A stretch of 64,000 bases of DNA from a virus. The notes below the pieces were generated by a model. That model ran no database searches. It worked only from the letters and a program-made list of their open reading frames with translations, and was not told where the DNA came from. The position numbers were made by a program, and so were the translations under genes. Shown one piece after another: positions 36,911 to 45,591 of this stretch; positions within the stretch are counted from its first letter, which is position 1, and the number at the start of each line of letters is the position of its first letter. The DNA is taken from the IMG/VR virus record IMGVR_UViG_3300033485_000001, positions 1-64,000 of that record. One strand, given 5' to 3'.

Positions 36911-37395
36911 TCGTGATAGAGCTGTTCGGTCCTGGGGAGGTCTCCGTAGAGACCCCCTACAACAGGCAGTTCGTCGAGGACCTGAAGACGATCCTGAAGG
37001 GCCGCAACATCAGGCGGTGGGATCCGGTTCGGAAGGCATGGATCGTTCGGACCGCAGCCTTCAATCGGGTCCATGAGCTGATCGACGACTACTACCCATC
37101 CGATGACTGGGCGGTCTCTCCAGAGGCTCAGGCCGAGATTCAGAAGGGGTACAAGGAATCGGTGGACTACGGGGTGAAGGGATACGCCCCTCCAGGTGCC
37201 GCAGCGGGAGGACCCCCGACCAGCTACGGCCCCTACGCGACGCTGTACGTGAACGACAGCGCGCCGGACTGCGTGGTGCAGGCAGCGCACAAGGCGCTCG
37301 CCAGGATGCACCACCCCGACGTAGGTGGTGATCGTGATGCGATGGCAAGAGTGAACGCAGCCTTTGAAGAGATCAAGAAGCTGCGTGGAATGTGA
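36907..37395 (+). CDS. J-domain protein with N-terminal HARP-like domain
   Basis: C-terminal AHKALARMHHPDVGGD...VNAAFEEI; N-terminal PYN..FVE.LK...RRWDP..KAW. Confidence 0.75.
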   Translation: MIVIELFGPGEVSVETPYNRQFVEDLKTILKGRNIRRWDPVRKAWIVRTAAFNRVHELIDDYYPSDDWAVSPEAQAEIQKGYKESVDYGVKGYAPPGAAAGGPPTSYGPYATLYVNDSAPDCVVQAAHKALARMHHPDVGGDRDAMARVNAAFEEIKKLRGM

Positions 37396-37593
37396 GGGAG
37401 GTGGCGTGGTGGATGTGATGACATTGGACCAGGTGGTGGCGTCGAACTTCAGAGGAGGTGTGAAGGACGCAGGGCCGGATGATGAACAGTTCATCCGGTG
37501 GACGAAGCCGCTGTTGATCGAGTCGATGACGGCGGACAGGTTTCGCAACCGGACCGGCGAAAGGCGGTCCAGGCATCAGAAGAGGTGGAAGTG

Positions 37594-38238
37594 ATGGGAG
37601 ACGAAGAGCTGAGCATCGAGGGGCTAGAGATCGCAAAGGTGGAGGAGATCCGGAAGAACGTGCCGGACATCCTCACGAACGAGAACTCGCCGGAGGAGCT
37701 GCGAAGGCTCGACACGTCCGATCCGAAGGCCGTGTTGGACATGCTCGTCGAGCACGCCAAGCAGGAGTGCGGCTGCAAGAAGCACAAGGTCATGAGCCTG
37801 GGCTTCACGATGTTCGCGGTCTACCTCTACGACCTGCTGACCGACACAGGGCTCGAGCTGTCGGATCGGCAGAAGTCGCAGCTCTCCGTGGCGTTCGCCG
37901 AGATGGCCTGGGGAAGCCACGCCTTCATCGGTATGGTGGCGGGCAAGAACGAGTACGCCGTCAAGCTCGCCATGGCCGTGCTTGAGGACAACGGCATGGA
38001 GGTCGCGGGAGTGGGTGGACCGCTGGGCGGACTCCTGGGGATGCTGGCTCAGAGGATGGGTCAGCGGGCACCCTCTGAGGGTGGGCCGGAGGTGAAGATC
38101 ATCGACATCCCCTCCATGCTCGTGTCTCGCTCGAGGTCCGAAGAGGAGTCCGAAGAGGAGGAGAAGGAAGAAGAGGAAGAGGAGGAGTCCGAGGACGAGG
38201 AGTCCGAGGACGAAGAAGAACCCACCGATCAGGAGTAA
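37594..38238 (+). CDS. hypothetical protein with poly-Glu tail
   Basis: GAGG RBS; acidic C-terminus. Confidence 0.65.
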   Translation: MGDEELSIEGLEIAKVEEIRKNVPDILTNENSPEELRRLDTSDPKAVLDMLVEHAKQECGCKKHKVMSLGFTMFAVYLYDLLTDTGLELSDRQKSQLSVAFAEMAWGSHAFIGMVAGKNEYAVKLAMAVLEDNGMEVAGVGGPLGGLLGMLAQRMGQRAPSEGGPEVKIIDIPSMLVSRSRSEEESEEEEKEEEEEEESEDEESEDEEEPTDQE

Positions 38239-38306
38239 TCCCCACCCCATCAAAACGATCCCGAAAGGGAGCATCCGGCCACCTGCCGAATGTTCTCTTA
38301 GCTGGG

Positions 38307-38340
38307 TATAAGATCGTTGTCCGAGTAGATCTTAGGAGGT
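38307..38340 (+). promoter_or_regulatory. TATAAG motif inside a TAAGATC-N12-GATCTTA inverted repeat
   Basis: perfect 7-bp arms abutting GGAGG. Confidence 0.65.
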
Positions 38341-38344
38341 GGAG

Positions 38345-38671
38345 ATGGCTGTGAGGTACTGTGGTGACCTGCGGGTCACGATGATCATCAATCCAACAGA
38401 TCGAGAGGGCTGGTTGTACCGATGCACGATCTCGTGCCCGACCTGTGAGTGCGTGCCGAAGTGCACGCCGTACAAGACCGACGTGAGGATGGCGAAGATC
38501 GAGACGTACAGGTTGGCGGAAGACAACCCGGAGGCGTTCGACAAGATCGCCAGGTCGGCGCTGGGGTTCGCTTCGGCAGAGGACGAGTGCGACATCATGC
38601 AGCACGGTCACTGGGACGAGGCGGGCGAGTGGGCGGTGTCCCGCAAGAGGGAAGGGAGCTGGGGTGAGTGA
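38345..38671 (+). CDS. hypothetical Cys-containing protein
   Basis: GGAGG RBS; CPTCEC. Confidence 0.65.
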   Translation: MAVRYCGDLRVTMIINPTDREGWLYRCTISCPTCECVPKCTPYKTDVRMAKIETYRLAEDNPEAFDKIARSALGFASAEDECDIMQHGHWDEAGEWAVSRKREGSWGE

Positions 38672-38790
38672 ACGAAAATCGTCGTTTCAAAGTGGTTGTG
38701 ATAGTAAAGGTCAACCGCTTCACCAACCCGTAAAGTGGTTGACTTATACTATTACAACCGTTTCAAAAGTTCAGAATGTAATTCTGAGGA
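38671..38790. promoter_or_regulatory. AT-rich island with two GGTTG-N13-CAACC sites
   Basis: 46/120 GC (38%); sites at 38694-38716 and 38737-38759 are 20/23 inverted copies. Confidence 0.7.
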
Positions 38791-38797
38791 GGAAGGG

Positions 38798-39250
38798 GTG
38801 GCCGTCCCAGAGGCTGTCCTCCCAGTCCTCATGACGGTCGCCTTCCTGGCGATCATGAGAGGCAGATTCAGGATCTGGAAGCGAAGCACCAACTACAGGC
38901 TGGTCCTCTCCATCATCGCGTCCCAGGACGCCGTAGGCCCGTTGAACGTCCTGGCCAACAAGGTCGGGGGCAACCTGCTCAACAGGGAGACCCGCTTCGG
39001 TAGGACGGTCGTGGTGTGGGAGATACATGATCAGGACGTTCTCACCGGGGTCATCGAGACCATCCTCGAGATGCAGCAGGAGGACGGACTCGAGCTCCCA
39101 GAACAGATGCAGCGCGAAGTCGATACGGCCTGGATCTTCTTGAACACCCCGGTCTATCGGGGCCGTCTGACGGCGGAGCGTCGGCAGCAGAACAAGGAGT
39201 CCCTGGAGGAACGGGCACGGCTGTACGAGCTGATGAAGGAGTACTGGTGA
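38798..39250 (+). CDS. single-domain LAGLIDADG-fold protein lacking catalytic acids
   Basis: AFLAIMRG in place of the LAGLIDADG helix; YRLVLSI, L...VGG.L, WEI, R..LYE.MK follow the family pattern. Confidence 0.6.
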   Translation: MAVPEAVLPVLMTVAFLAIMRGRFRIWKRSTNYRLVLSIIASQDAVGPLNVLANKVGGNLLNRETRFGRTVVVWEIHDQDVLTGVIETILEMQQEDGLELPEQMQREVDTAWIFLNTPVYRGRLTAERRQQNKESLEERARLYELMKEYW

Positions 39251-39275
39251 GGTAGAATCGTCGAGGAGGCAGAGA

Positions 39276-39638
39276 ATGACGATTCGAGCTCAGGCTCTTT
39301 CAGATGATCCGTTGGACGGTACCGTCGGCCTTCGTCTCAAGGGCGGCGACGGAACGACTGAGCACGATTTCGGCGACGTCGGATGGACGAGGACGTGGCG
39401 TCGGGAGGGTGACTTCCACTACTTCAACGTCGTCCAGCTCGTCGGCGGTGTGGGGGACAGTCAGGTGATCAAGATCAGTGGAGGGGCTATCGTCTTCGAT
39501 GGCATCCCCAACGGAGACTACGTCGCGTTCGACTCCAGCATCGTCTGGCACATCCCAGCGGCGGACCTCGACCCAGACTTCGATCCGGAGGGTGGCTCCT
39601 ACGAGACCGTGTGGATGCACTTCATGATCGACGAGTAG
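39276..39638 (+). CDS. beta-rich hypothetical protein (possible virion protein)
   Basis: GAGGAGG RBS; Gly/Asp-rich. Confidence 0.6.
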   Translation: MTIRAQALSDDPLDGTVGLRLKGGDGTTEHDFGDVGWTRTWRREGDFHYFNVVQLVGGVGDSQVIKISGGAIVFDGIPNGDYVAFDSSIVWHIPAADLDPDFDPEGGSYETVWMHFMIDE

Positions 39639-39652
39639 CTCCAGCAGATCGG

Positions 39653-39658
39653 TATAAG
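39653..39658 (+). promoter_or_regulatory. TATAAG motif
   Basis: GATCGGTATAAGGG, intergenic. Confidence 0.6.
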
Positions 39659-39700
39659 GGTTCCGTTCACCAAGGCGTTACGACGTCAGAGGAGGTCTGC

Positions 39701-40012
39701 GTGAAGGTCTTGTACGTCATCGACACGGGAAGCAACTACGACCGTCCGGTTCAGAAGGGCCAGTGGACCCTGGAGGATATCCCTACCCAGGGTTCCGAGA
39801 TCATCAACAAGTGGCTGAAGGAGAAGACCAGGAATCTGGTCGAGGAGCTGAAGTACGCCGAGCTCAGCGGCACCGGCAAGATTGAGGTGAGGGCGCTCAA
39901 GGACGACTACGACATCGAGGTCACGGCCTCCGTCAAGATCCGGCCGGCGACCAAGAAGAAGACCCCGGCGACTGCGGGCAAGGAGAAGGTCACAAGGAGG
40001 GCTGCACGATGA
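39701..40012 (+). CDS. hypothetical protein with basic tail
   Basis: GGAGG RBS, GTG start. Confidence 0.6.
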   Translation: MKVLYVIDTGSNYDRPVQKGQWTLEDIPTQGSEIINKWLKEKTRNLVEELKYAELSGTGKIEVRALKDDYDIEVTASVKIRPATKKKTPATAGKEKVTRRAAR

Positions 40013-40314
40013 GCCGCCACGCACTCCTGAACTTCCCCTGGGGCAGCCAGGTCGGTTCCTCTTGCAGCCACGCAGAGCTCCAGGTCGCGGCGGAGACCGA
40101 CGAGGACCTGCTGCTCGAAATCGAGAAGGTGCTCGAGCGGTACTACCTCCAGTTCTTCAAGGGCAAGCCCAACGAGGTCCAGTTCTGCATCTGCGAGGAC
40201 GGCGAGCCCGTGAACCTGACCAGGATCGGAGACAGGTATGATGTAAAGACCAGCATCACGATGATGCTGGTGCCGAAGATCGAGAAGAGGAAGGCCAAGC
40301 GCAAGGAGGAGTGA
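40009..40314 (+). CDS. hypothetical protein
   Basis: ATGA coupling. Confidence 0.6.
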   Translation: MSRHALLNFPWGSQVGSSCSHAELQVAAETDEDLLLEIEKVLERYYLQFFKGKPNEVQFCICEDGEPVNLTRIGDRYDVKTSITMMLVPKIEKRKAKRKEE

Positions 40315-40315
40315 G

Positions 40316-40825
40316 ATGAAGGTGAGAGGAAGGATGAGGTGTCCCACCTGCGGGGCGAGATGGTCTCTGGTTGGTGAGATCAAGGACAACGACGAGCTCT
40401 GTCCGAGCTGCCACCAGGTCGGCAACATCGAGACCGACACCAAGGGCGTCTTCGACAAGTGCAGCACCCCATCGCCGGCGGCCGAGAGCCAGGAGCGTCC
40501 TCCGCTGCCAATCTCTCAGGAGATCATCCGGCTCGCCACGAAGCTCTACGCCGAGCGGGTCAGGGAGTTCGAGCGAAGCCTGGACGACAACCAGCGGAAG
40601 TCGATAGGCTATGCTGTGGAGCGGACGCTGCACGCGCTGAAGCTGTGGTCGGATCTCCTCGAGCGTGTCGGCCTCCCGCTCGAGGAGGATCTGGACTTGG
40701 CGGCGGAGACCGTGAGCCCGAGGGCGATGGAGACGCTTCGGGTGAAGATCGATTCGGTGTTCGGAGAGGCTTCGAGCCTCCGAAAGACGTTCGAGAGCAT
40801 CCAGCGATGTGGGAGGCCAGGGTGA
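40316..40825 (+). CDS. zinc-ribbon protein
   Basis: CPTC...CPSC. Confidence 0.65.
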   Translation: MKVRGRMRCPTCGARWSLVGEIKDNDELCPSCHQVGNIETDTKGVFDKCSTPSPAAESQERPPLPISQEIIRLATKLYAERVREFERSLDDNQRKSIGYAVERTLHALKLWSDLLERVGLPLEEDLDLAAETVSPRAMETLRVKIDSVFGEASSLRKTFESIQRCGRPG

Positions 40826-41145
40826 GCTACGTGAGAGGTGCGGACGGACAGGTGATCGAGTTCACCGGACGACAGGTCCGGAAGAACTACGACAAGGCCG
40901 AGAAGAGGGCGGAACCAGTGGAGGAGCATCGGGCTTCTCCATTGGTACTGATCACAGGCAGGATCCTGAAGCCGCTCACGGCCTACATCAGGAAGCGGTT
41001 TGGGGTCAAGAGCATCACCGGCCAGGCGTCGTTCGGGAACGAGGGCTACGACTTCTGGATCTCCGTTGCCCTGGAGGACAACACCCAGTGGGCGGGCATG
41101 TTCTGCGAGTCTCCTGGCCGGAAGTTCAAGGTGTGGCGCGGATGA
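40822..41145 (+). CDS. hypothetical protein
   Basis: GGAGG RBS, GTGA coupling. Confidence 0.55.
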   Translation: MSYVRGADGQVIEFTGRQVRKNYDKAEKRAEPVEEHRASPLVLITGRILKPLTAYIRKRFGVKSITGQASFGNEGYDFWISVALEDNTQWAGMFCESPGRKFKVWRG

Positions 41146-41504
41146 CGATCGCAACGAAGAACGAGGTGACGGTGCGTGGATTCGTCGGGCGGTACATCCA
41201 CTTCCCGAGGAAGCGAGGAGATCCTGTCAGGTTCGACGTCGGGACCATCGAGCGGTTCAGGACCGAGGACGGAGAGCTGATCACGTCCAAGAACTGGCAC
41301 ACCATCAAGACGTTCGACGTCGGACAGGTGGAGGACATCGGGGCCGGCGACGTGGTGGAGGTCAGCGGTCGCATGGACACGGTCCTGGTGAACAAGGTCA
41401 AGGTGGTGGAGGTCGTGGCCGACAAGATCGAGATCCTCCTCACTCAGGCTCAACGCGACCTGCTACGAGATGGGAAGAAAGAACCCGATGATCTCGAGGA
41501 GTAG
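41142..41504 (+). CDS. ssb: single-stranded DNA-binding protein (OB fold)
   Basis: NEVTVRGFVG...F.V.T.ERF...GE...WH.I..F...GD.V.V.GRM.T...EVVA..I; acidic tail. Confidence 0.75.
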   Translation: MTIATKNEVTVRGFVGRYIHFPRKRGDPVRFDVGTIERFRTEDGELITSKNWHTIKTFDVGQVEDIGAGDVVEVSGRMDTVLVNKVKVVEVVADKIEILLTQAQRDLLRDGKKEPDDLEE

Positions 41505-41506
41505 CA

Positions 41507-41538
41507 AAGACGTCCGGCCCAGCGCCGGACGTCTTCTT
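41507..41538 (+). terminator. intrinsic terminator
   Basis: 12-bp stem AAGACGTCCGGC/GCCGGACGTCTT then CTT. Confidence 0.7.
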
Positions 41539-41553
41539 AGATTGTGAGGAGAC

Positions 41554-42660
41554 GTGGAGAAGGAAGAATCTCAGGAGATCTTGGTGCAGCTCGCGCAGTA
41601 CACGGCGGCCATCTGCAAGGCCCTCAACGTCCCATACGAGCAGGCTGGGAGGAACCACAGCGGTCCATTCGCTGAAGGCAGGCCGTTCGGTGCCATCAAC
41701 CACTACACGGCCTCGAACGCGGCGGTCTCGAGGCTCAAGCCCTACGGCCGCATCCCGGTCCTGCTCGAGCGGTTCGCTCGCGGGGCGAAGCAGGGCGTAG
41801 GCGTCCACTTCATCGTGTGGGACGCGATCGTTCCCCAGTTCAAGGAGATCAGGAACAAGTACTTGCTCATCAAGGACATGCCGTCCGAGATCTTCTACTT
41901 CGGCGACGACCTGGCCTTCTGGCACGCCGGCTGGGTGAACAGCTGGTGCTATGGCGTCGAGATCAGGAACTGCGGCCAGCTCGTCCACAAGAACGGCGTC
42001 TACTTCTGGGGCAACGGGCAGAATCGCTACCAGGGCCGCACCCCCATCAAGGTCGGCAACTCCTGGTGGGAGCCGTACACCAGAGGTCAGATGGCTTCGA
42101 CCCTATGGATCCATCGTCTGATGGCAGCTGTCCATCCGATCAGGCCGGAGTGGTTCCTGGGTCACACGCACGTCTCGAACACCAGGATCGACCCAGGTCC
42201 GCACTTCCCGATCCACGAGATGCGGGAATTCGCGCTCATGAACGACGAGGCGATCGAGACCAACGACTTCCTGAAGGAGTTCTCTGACGAGGGCACCGCC
42301 AGGGAGGAGACGTGGGTCAGCGAGGACTCGCTCCACAAGGGCCTCTACCGCAACGACTGGGACGGCGTCGACAAGTCCTTCAACCCGGACACCGTCGAGT
42401 ACGATGGCGACGGGATCAACGATGTGGCCACTGTCATGAAGGTCAAGAAGGACCTGCGCTCCATCGGCTACTACCCCGACGAGACAGACGCCGGCACCGT
42501 CACGGCTCGCTTCATGGACACGATCCGTGCCTTCCAGGGCCGCTGGAAGATCCGTGGGCCTCGCGGCCAGTTCGTGAACGAGCTCCCCATCACCGGGAAG
42601 CTCGATGAGGCGACGCTCAAAAAGATCGAGATCATGGTGAACCACCACACGAAGATGTGA
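41554..42660 (+). CDS. N-acetylmuramoyl-L-alanine amidase (Amidase_2) with C-terminal peptidoglycan-binding domain; endolysin candidate
   Basis: INHYTA, VHFIV, FWHAG, GVEIRN, FLGH...RIDPG..FP; IRAFQ...LPITGKLD.ATL. Confidence 0.85.
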   Translation: MEKEESQEILVQLAQYTAAICKALNVPYEQAGRNHSGPFAEGRPFGAINHYTASNAAVSRLKPYGRIPVLLERFARGAKQGVGVHFIVWDAIVPQFKEIRNKYLLIKDMPSEIFYFGDDLAFWHAGWVNSWCYGVEIRNCGQLVHKNGVYFWGNGQNRYQGRTPIKVGNSWWEPYTRGQMASTLWIHRLMAAVHPIRPEWFLGHTHVSNTRIDPGPHFPIHEMREFALMNDEAIETNDFLKEFSDEGTAREETWVSEDSLHKGLYRNDWDGVDKSFNPDTVEYDGDGINDVATVMKVKKDLRSIGYYPDETDAGTVTARFMDTIRAFQGRWKIRGPRGQFVNELPITGKLDEATLKKIEIMVNHHTKM

Positions 42661-42794
42661 GGTTGGTTGCGCGAGCTCGTGCGATTCTGCTAGGCTATCT
42701 ACTTGCCATGATCACACTGGTCACCGGCAGGTAGAATCTCAATACAGCTGAAGCTCAGGGTGATCCACGTGAGGTGGCGAGAAGGAGGTCTGGG

Positions 42795-43775
42795 ATGGGT
42801 AAGATCATCCCGAGGTTGCTGGCGCTTGTCAGCATGGTATTGGCAGCCGTCGTCGCCTTGTCGTTCTCCACTTGCACCGTTCCGGTGCTCGAGGAGAGCG
42901 ACGGCGGTGACGTCCAGAAAGGGATCGGCGACCCGGCGATCACCTCTCAGGAGGAAGAGGAGCCGGAAGCCGTCCAGAAGGTGTTGACGTGGGAAGACGT
43001 CGGCAGGGAGATACAGGACTCTCTGTCGGACTCCTGGCCAACGATCGACAGCGGGCAGATGTACGACCCCGCGTCGGTCATTCTGCGGTTCGCCGAGGAT
43101 CGGGACATGGATCCCGTCATCGCAGCGGACGAGTACGCAGACCTGGCCAATACGATCCTGGACATGCAGCCGGACTTCGTCGCCGGTCGTGAAGGAGGCT
43201 TCCAGCGTGCCCTCCTGGTTGCGCTGGACATCTACCGGGGCACCCACGAGATGCGAGACGTACCCTGCGCGCAGCTCGTGGAAGACTTCGAGGGAGAGGA
43301 GGGACAGGTACCAAGGATCAACGCCTACGTCATGGCGGCGATGGGATACAGGGAGTCTCGGTTCATGGAGCGCACAGAGCGCGGGTACCTGCGGACCAAG
43401 AACGGGCAGAAGGTTGAGAACTGCCGCTGGTGTCGCGGATCCCTCGGCGAGCAGGGCATGTTCCAGTTCATGCCCAACGGCTGGGCGCAGGCCCAGATGC
43501 CTCGAGGCTGTAGCCCGTTCGACCGGATGTGCAGCGTCCGAGGGGCTGCCAAGACCCTGGCGGTCATCAGGTGCATGTGCATCGAGCAGTTCGGCCAGAA
43601 GTGCACGGTGGACTCCTACGTCGCCGGCTACGGCGCGGGCAAGGTCCCGGACCCAGCCTACGCCAGCGGCTACAAGAGCGTCGTCAGGGCGCGAGGGTTC
43701 CTCTGTGAGGTCAGGCAGGACTGCGACGATTTCTGGCCGCGCGACTCCGACGAAGACTTCGCCCTCACCCTTTGA
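42795..43775 (+). CDS. membrane-anchored lytic transglycosylase-like protein
   Basis: N-terminal hydrophobic helix; AMGYRESRF catalytic-Glu motif; GMFQFMP. Confidence 0.6.
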   Translation: MGKIIPRLLALVSMVLAAVVALSFSTCTVPVLEESDGGDVQKGIGDPAITSQEEEEPEAVQKVLTWEDVGREIQDSLSDSWPTIDSGQMYDPASVILRFAEDRDMDPVIAADEYADLANTILDMQPDFVAGREGGFQRALLVALDIYRGTHEMRDVPCAQLVEDFEGEEGQVPRINAYVMAAMGYRESRFMERTERGYLRTKNGQKVENCRWCRGSLGEQGMFQFMPNGWAQAQMPRGCSPFDRMCSVRGAAKTLAVIRCMCIEQFGQKCTVDSYVAGYGAGKVPDPAYASGYKSVVRARGFLCEVRQDCDDFWPRDSDEDFALTL

Positions 43776-43793
43776 TCTGCTACAAGGAGGTCT

Positions 43794-44480
43794 GTGAAGA
43801 AGGAACGGCTCGTCATCGGAATCGACGAGGTGGGCCTCGGTCCCATCGCAGGACCAGTGGTTACCGCCGCCGTCGTCATGTACGAAGATCAACTAATCAA
43901 GGGCGTACGGGACTCGAAGAAGGTCTCCGAGAACCGACGCATGGACCTGGTCCACGACATCGACAAGCAGTCCCTCTTCTGGGTGATGGCCCAGTCCAGC
44001 TCGAAGATGATCGACAGGTACGGAATCAGGCTCTGCAACCGTGTGTGCATGAAGTGGTGCGCCAAGGTGGCGCTGAGCAGGTACCCGGATGCCATGGTCA
44101 TCGTCGACGGAGTCGATCCCATCTTGGGAGTCCCGAACCATCGGCAGCGAGTGATCATCAAGGCCGACGACAAGTTCGCCTCCGTCGGCGCGGCATCCAT
44201 CATGGCCAAGGTGTTCAGGGACAAGTACATGGTCCACCTCAGCACCCTCTGGCCGGAGTACCTGTTCCACAACCACAAAGGATATGGCACTCGGGATCAC
44301 ATCACCCAGTTGAACAAGTACGGACCGTGCCCGGAGCACAGACGGAGCTTCGGCCCGGTCAAGAAGGCTATGAAGAAGGGAGCGAAAGATGGTCACAACG
44401 ATCACGATGACGAGAGCGCAGCTCAAGGAGATGGAGGAGATCGACATCTTCAGCGACGACTGGTTCGAGCGACTGGCTGA
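43794..44480 (+). CDS. rnhB: ribonuclease HII
   Basis: GIDEVG.GP.AGPV, DSKK, VDG, IKAD...V.AASI.AKV.RD, HKGYGT, HRRSF. Confidence 0.95.
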   Translation: MKKERLVIGIDEVGLGPIAGPVVTAAVVMYEDQLIKGVRDSKKVSENRRMDLVHDIDKQSLFWVMAQSSSKMIDRYGIRLCNRVCMKWCAKVALSRYPDAMVIVDGVDPILGVPNHRQRVIIKADDKFASVGAASIMAKVFRDKYMVHLSTLWPEYLFHNHKGYGTRDHITQLNKYGPCPEHRRSFGPVKKAMKKGAKDGHNDHDDESAAQGDGGDRHLQRRLVRATG

Positions 44481-44679
44481 CATCACGGAGTGCCCGCCGG
44501 CGACGCTGCGGGACAGAATCCCGGACACGTCGTTCGTCGACTACGTGGCTGCGCGGGATGCCAAGACCAGGGCCAAGCACGGCTGGAAGAGGCCGAGGGG
44601 GGCCGCTGAGCGCGACATCCTGTGGTTCGTCACCCCGGTGCCGCAGAAGGACAGCGGAGTGATGCGCTACATCGAGTAG
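44389..44679 (+). CDS. hypothetical protein
   Basis: AAGGGAG RBS; overlaps the rnhB tail. Confidence 0.55.
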   Translation: MVTTITMTRAQLKEMEEIDIFSDDWFERLADITECPPATLRDRIPDTSFVDYVAARDAKTRAKHGWKRPRGAAERDILWFVTPVPQKDSGVMRYIE

Positions 44680-44688
44680 AATGGAGGT

Positions 44689-44925
44689 ATGAGGTTTCAC
44701 AAGAAGATCGGCCTCCTCGAGTTCAAACTGATCTGTGTCCACTGTGGAGCGGAGCAGCGGATGACGGATTACGCGAACCTGAACCTGGGCGACGTCATCC
44801 ACCCAGGTGTCGGAGGAAACGCGGAGTACGGACGCTGCAAGCAATGCCGCAAGGGGGGTCTGAAGGTCGTCGATCGCGCCGACCTCAGACCCCCCACCTC
44901 CGACCCCCCGTACCACCCCTTTTAG
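44689..44925 (+). CDS. zinc-ribbon protein
   Basis: CVHC...CKQC. Confidence 0.65.
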   Translation: MRFHKKIGLLEFKLICVHCGAEQRMTDYANLNLGDVIHPGVGGNAEYGRCKQCRKGGLKVVDRADLRPPTSDPPYHPF

Positions 44926-44929
44926 CTGA

Positions 44930-45214
44930 TCATGCGTCGATGTCTTCGCTCTGGTCGAAGAGCGGGAACGTGCCCTCCGGTGAGACCACCTGGAGCTTCT
45001 TGGACTTCTCCTCGACGTCGTCGACCATCTCCCGGAGCTGGCTCGTCCGCCGCTTGAGCTTTCGGATGTCTCGCTCGATCTCTCGCTTCTCCGATCCCAC
45101 GGCGTAGCCCAGCGCCGTGCCCAGTGCGACGAACCCAAGCCCGAGGAGTCCGAAGGCGACGACAGTCCCAGTGCCAGACTTCCTCTCGGGTTCTTTCTTG
45201 GCGGTCCTCTTCAT
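44930..45214 (-). CDS. single-pass membrane protein with coiled coil (YtxH-like architecture)
   Basis: VVAFGLLGLGFVALGTALGYAVG helix; GGAGG before ATG 45214. Confidence 0.65.
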   Translation of the reverse strand: MKRTAKKEPERKSGTGTVVAFGLLGLGFVALGTALGYAVGSEKREIERDIRKLKRRTSQLREMVDDVEEKSKKLQVVSPEGTFPLFDQSEDIDA

Positions 45215-45226
45215 GGTCTCCTCCAT

Positions 45227-45343
45227 GATCACCTAAGAAAGGAGGCTCGGACTCCAATCTCCGCCCTGTTGGGCAAGGAGGTGCATTTTGAGGGTCCGGC
45301 CTCCGAGACCAGGAAACATTCTTGGCCTCAGTGATCTTATACC
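45227..45343 (-). promoter_or_regulatory. TATAAG motif plus about 110-nt structured leader
   Basis: CTTATA 45336-45341; GGAGGC/GCCUCC, CGGAC/GUCCG and GCCC/GGGC stems followed by UUUCUU. Confidence 0.55.
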
Positions 45344-45591
45344 ACGACCATCATACCCTTTTTTCTTGACCTGTCCACCCATCGGGTGTACACCGGGATC
45401 CGTGGGACTGCTCACCCTAGACCAGATCGAGAACGTCTGGGAGAAGAAGGGACTCAAGCACAGGGCTCGGAGGTTCAGGAAGTTCCTCATCAGCATGGGC
45501 TTGGGTCCGATGATCGTGAGCGAGGATGTCTTCCTCCGTCACATCCATGACGAGTTCCTGATCAACTTCTTCGTGAGAGGAGTTCAAGAGG

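Noticed and set aside
38140-38225. GAG/GAA-rich tandem repeat
   Set aside because: It simply encodes the poly-Glu tail of ORF 37594-38238.
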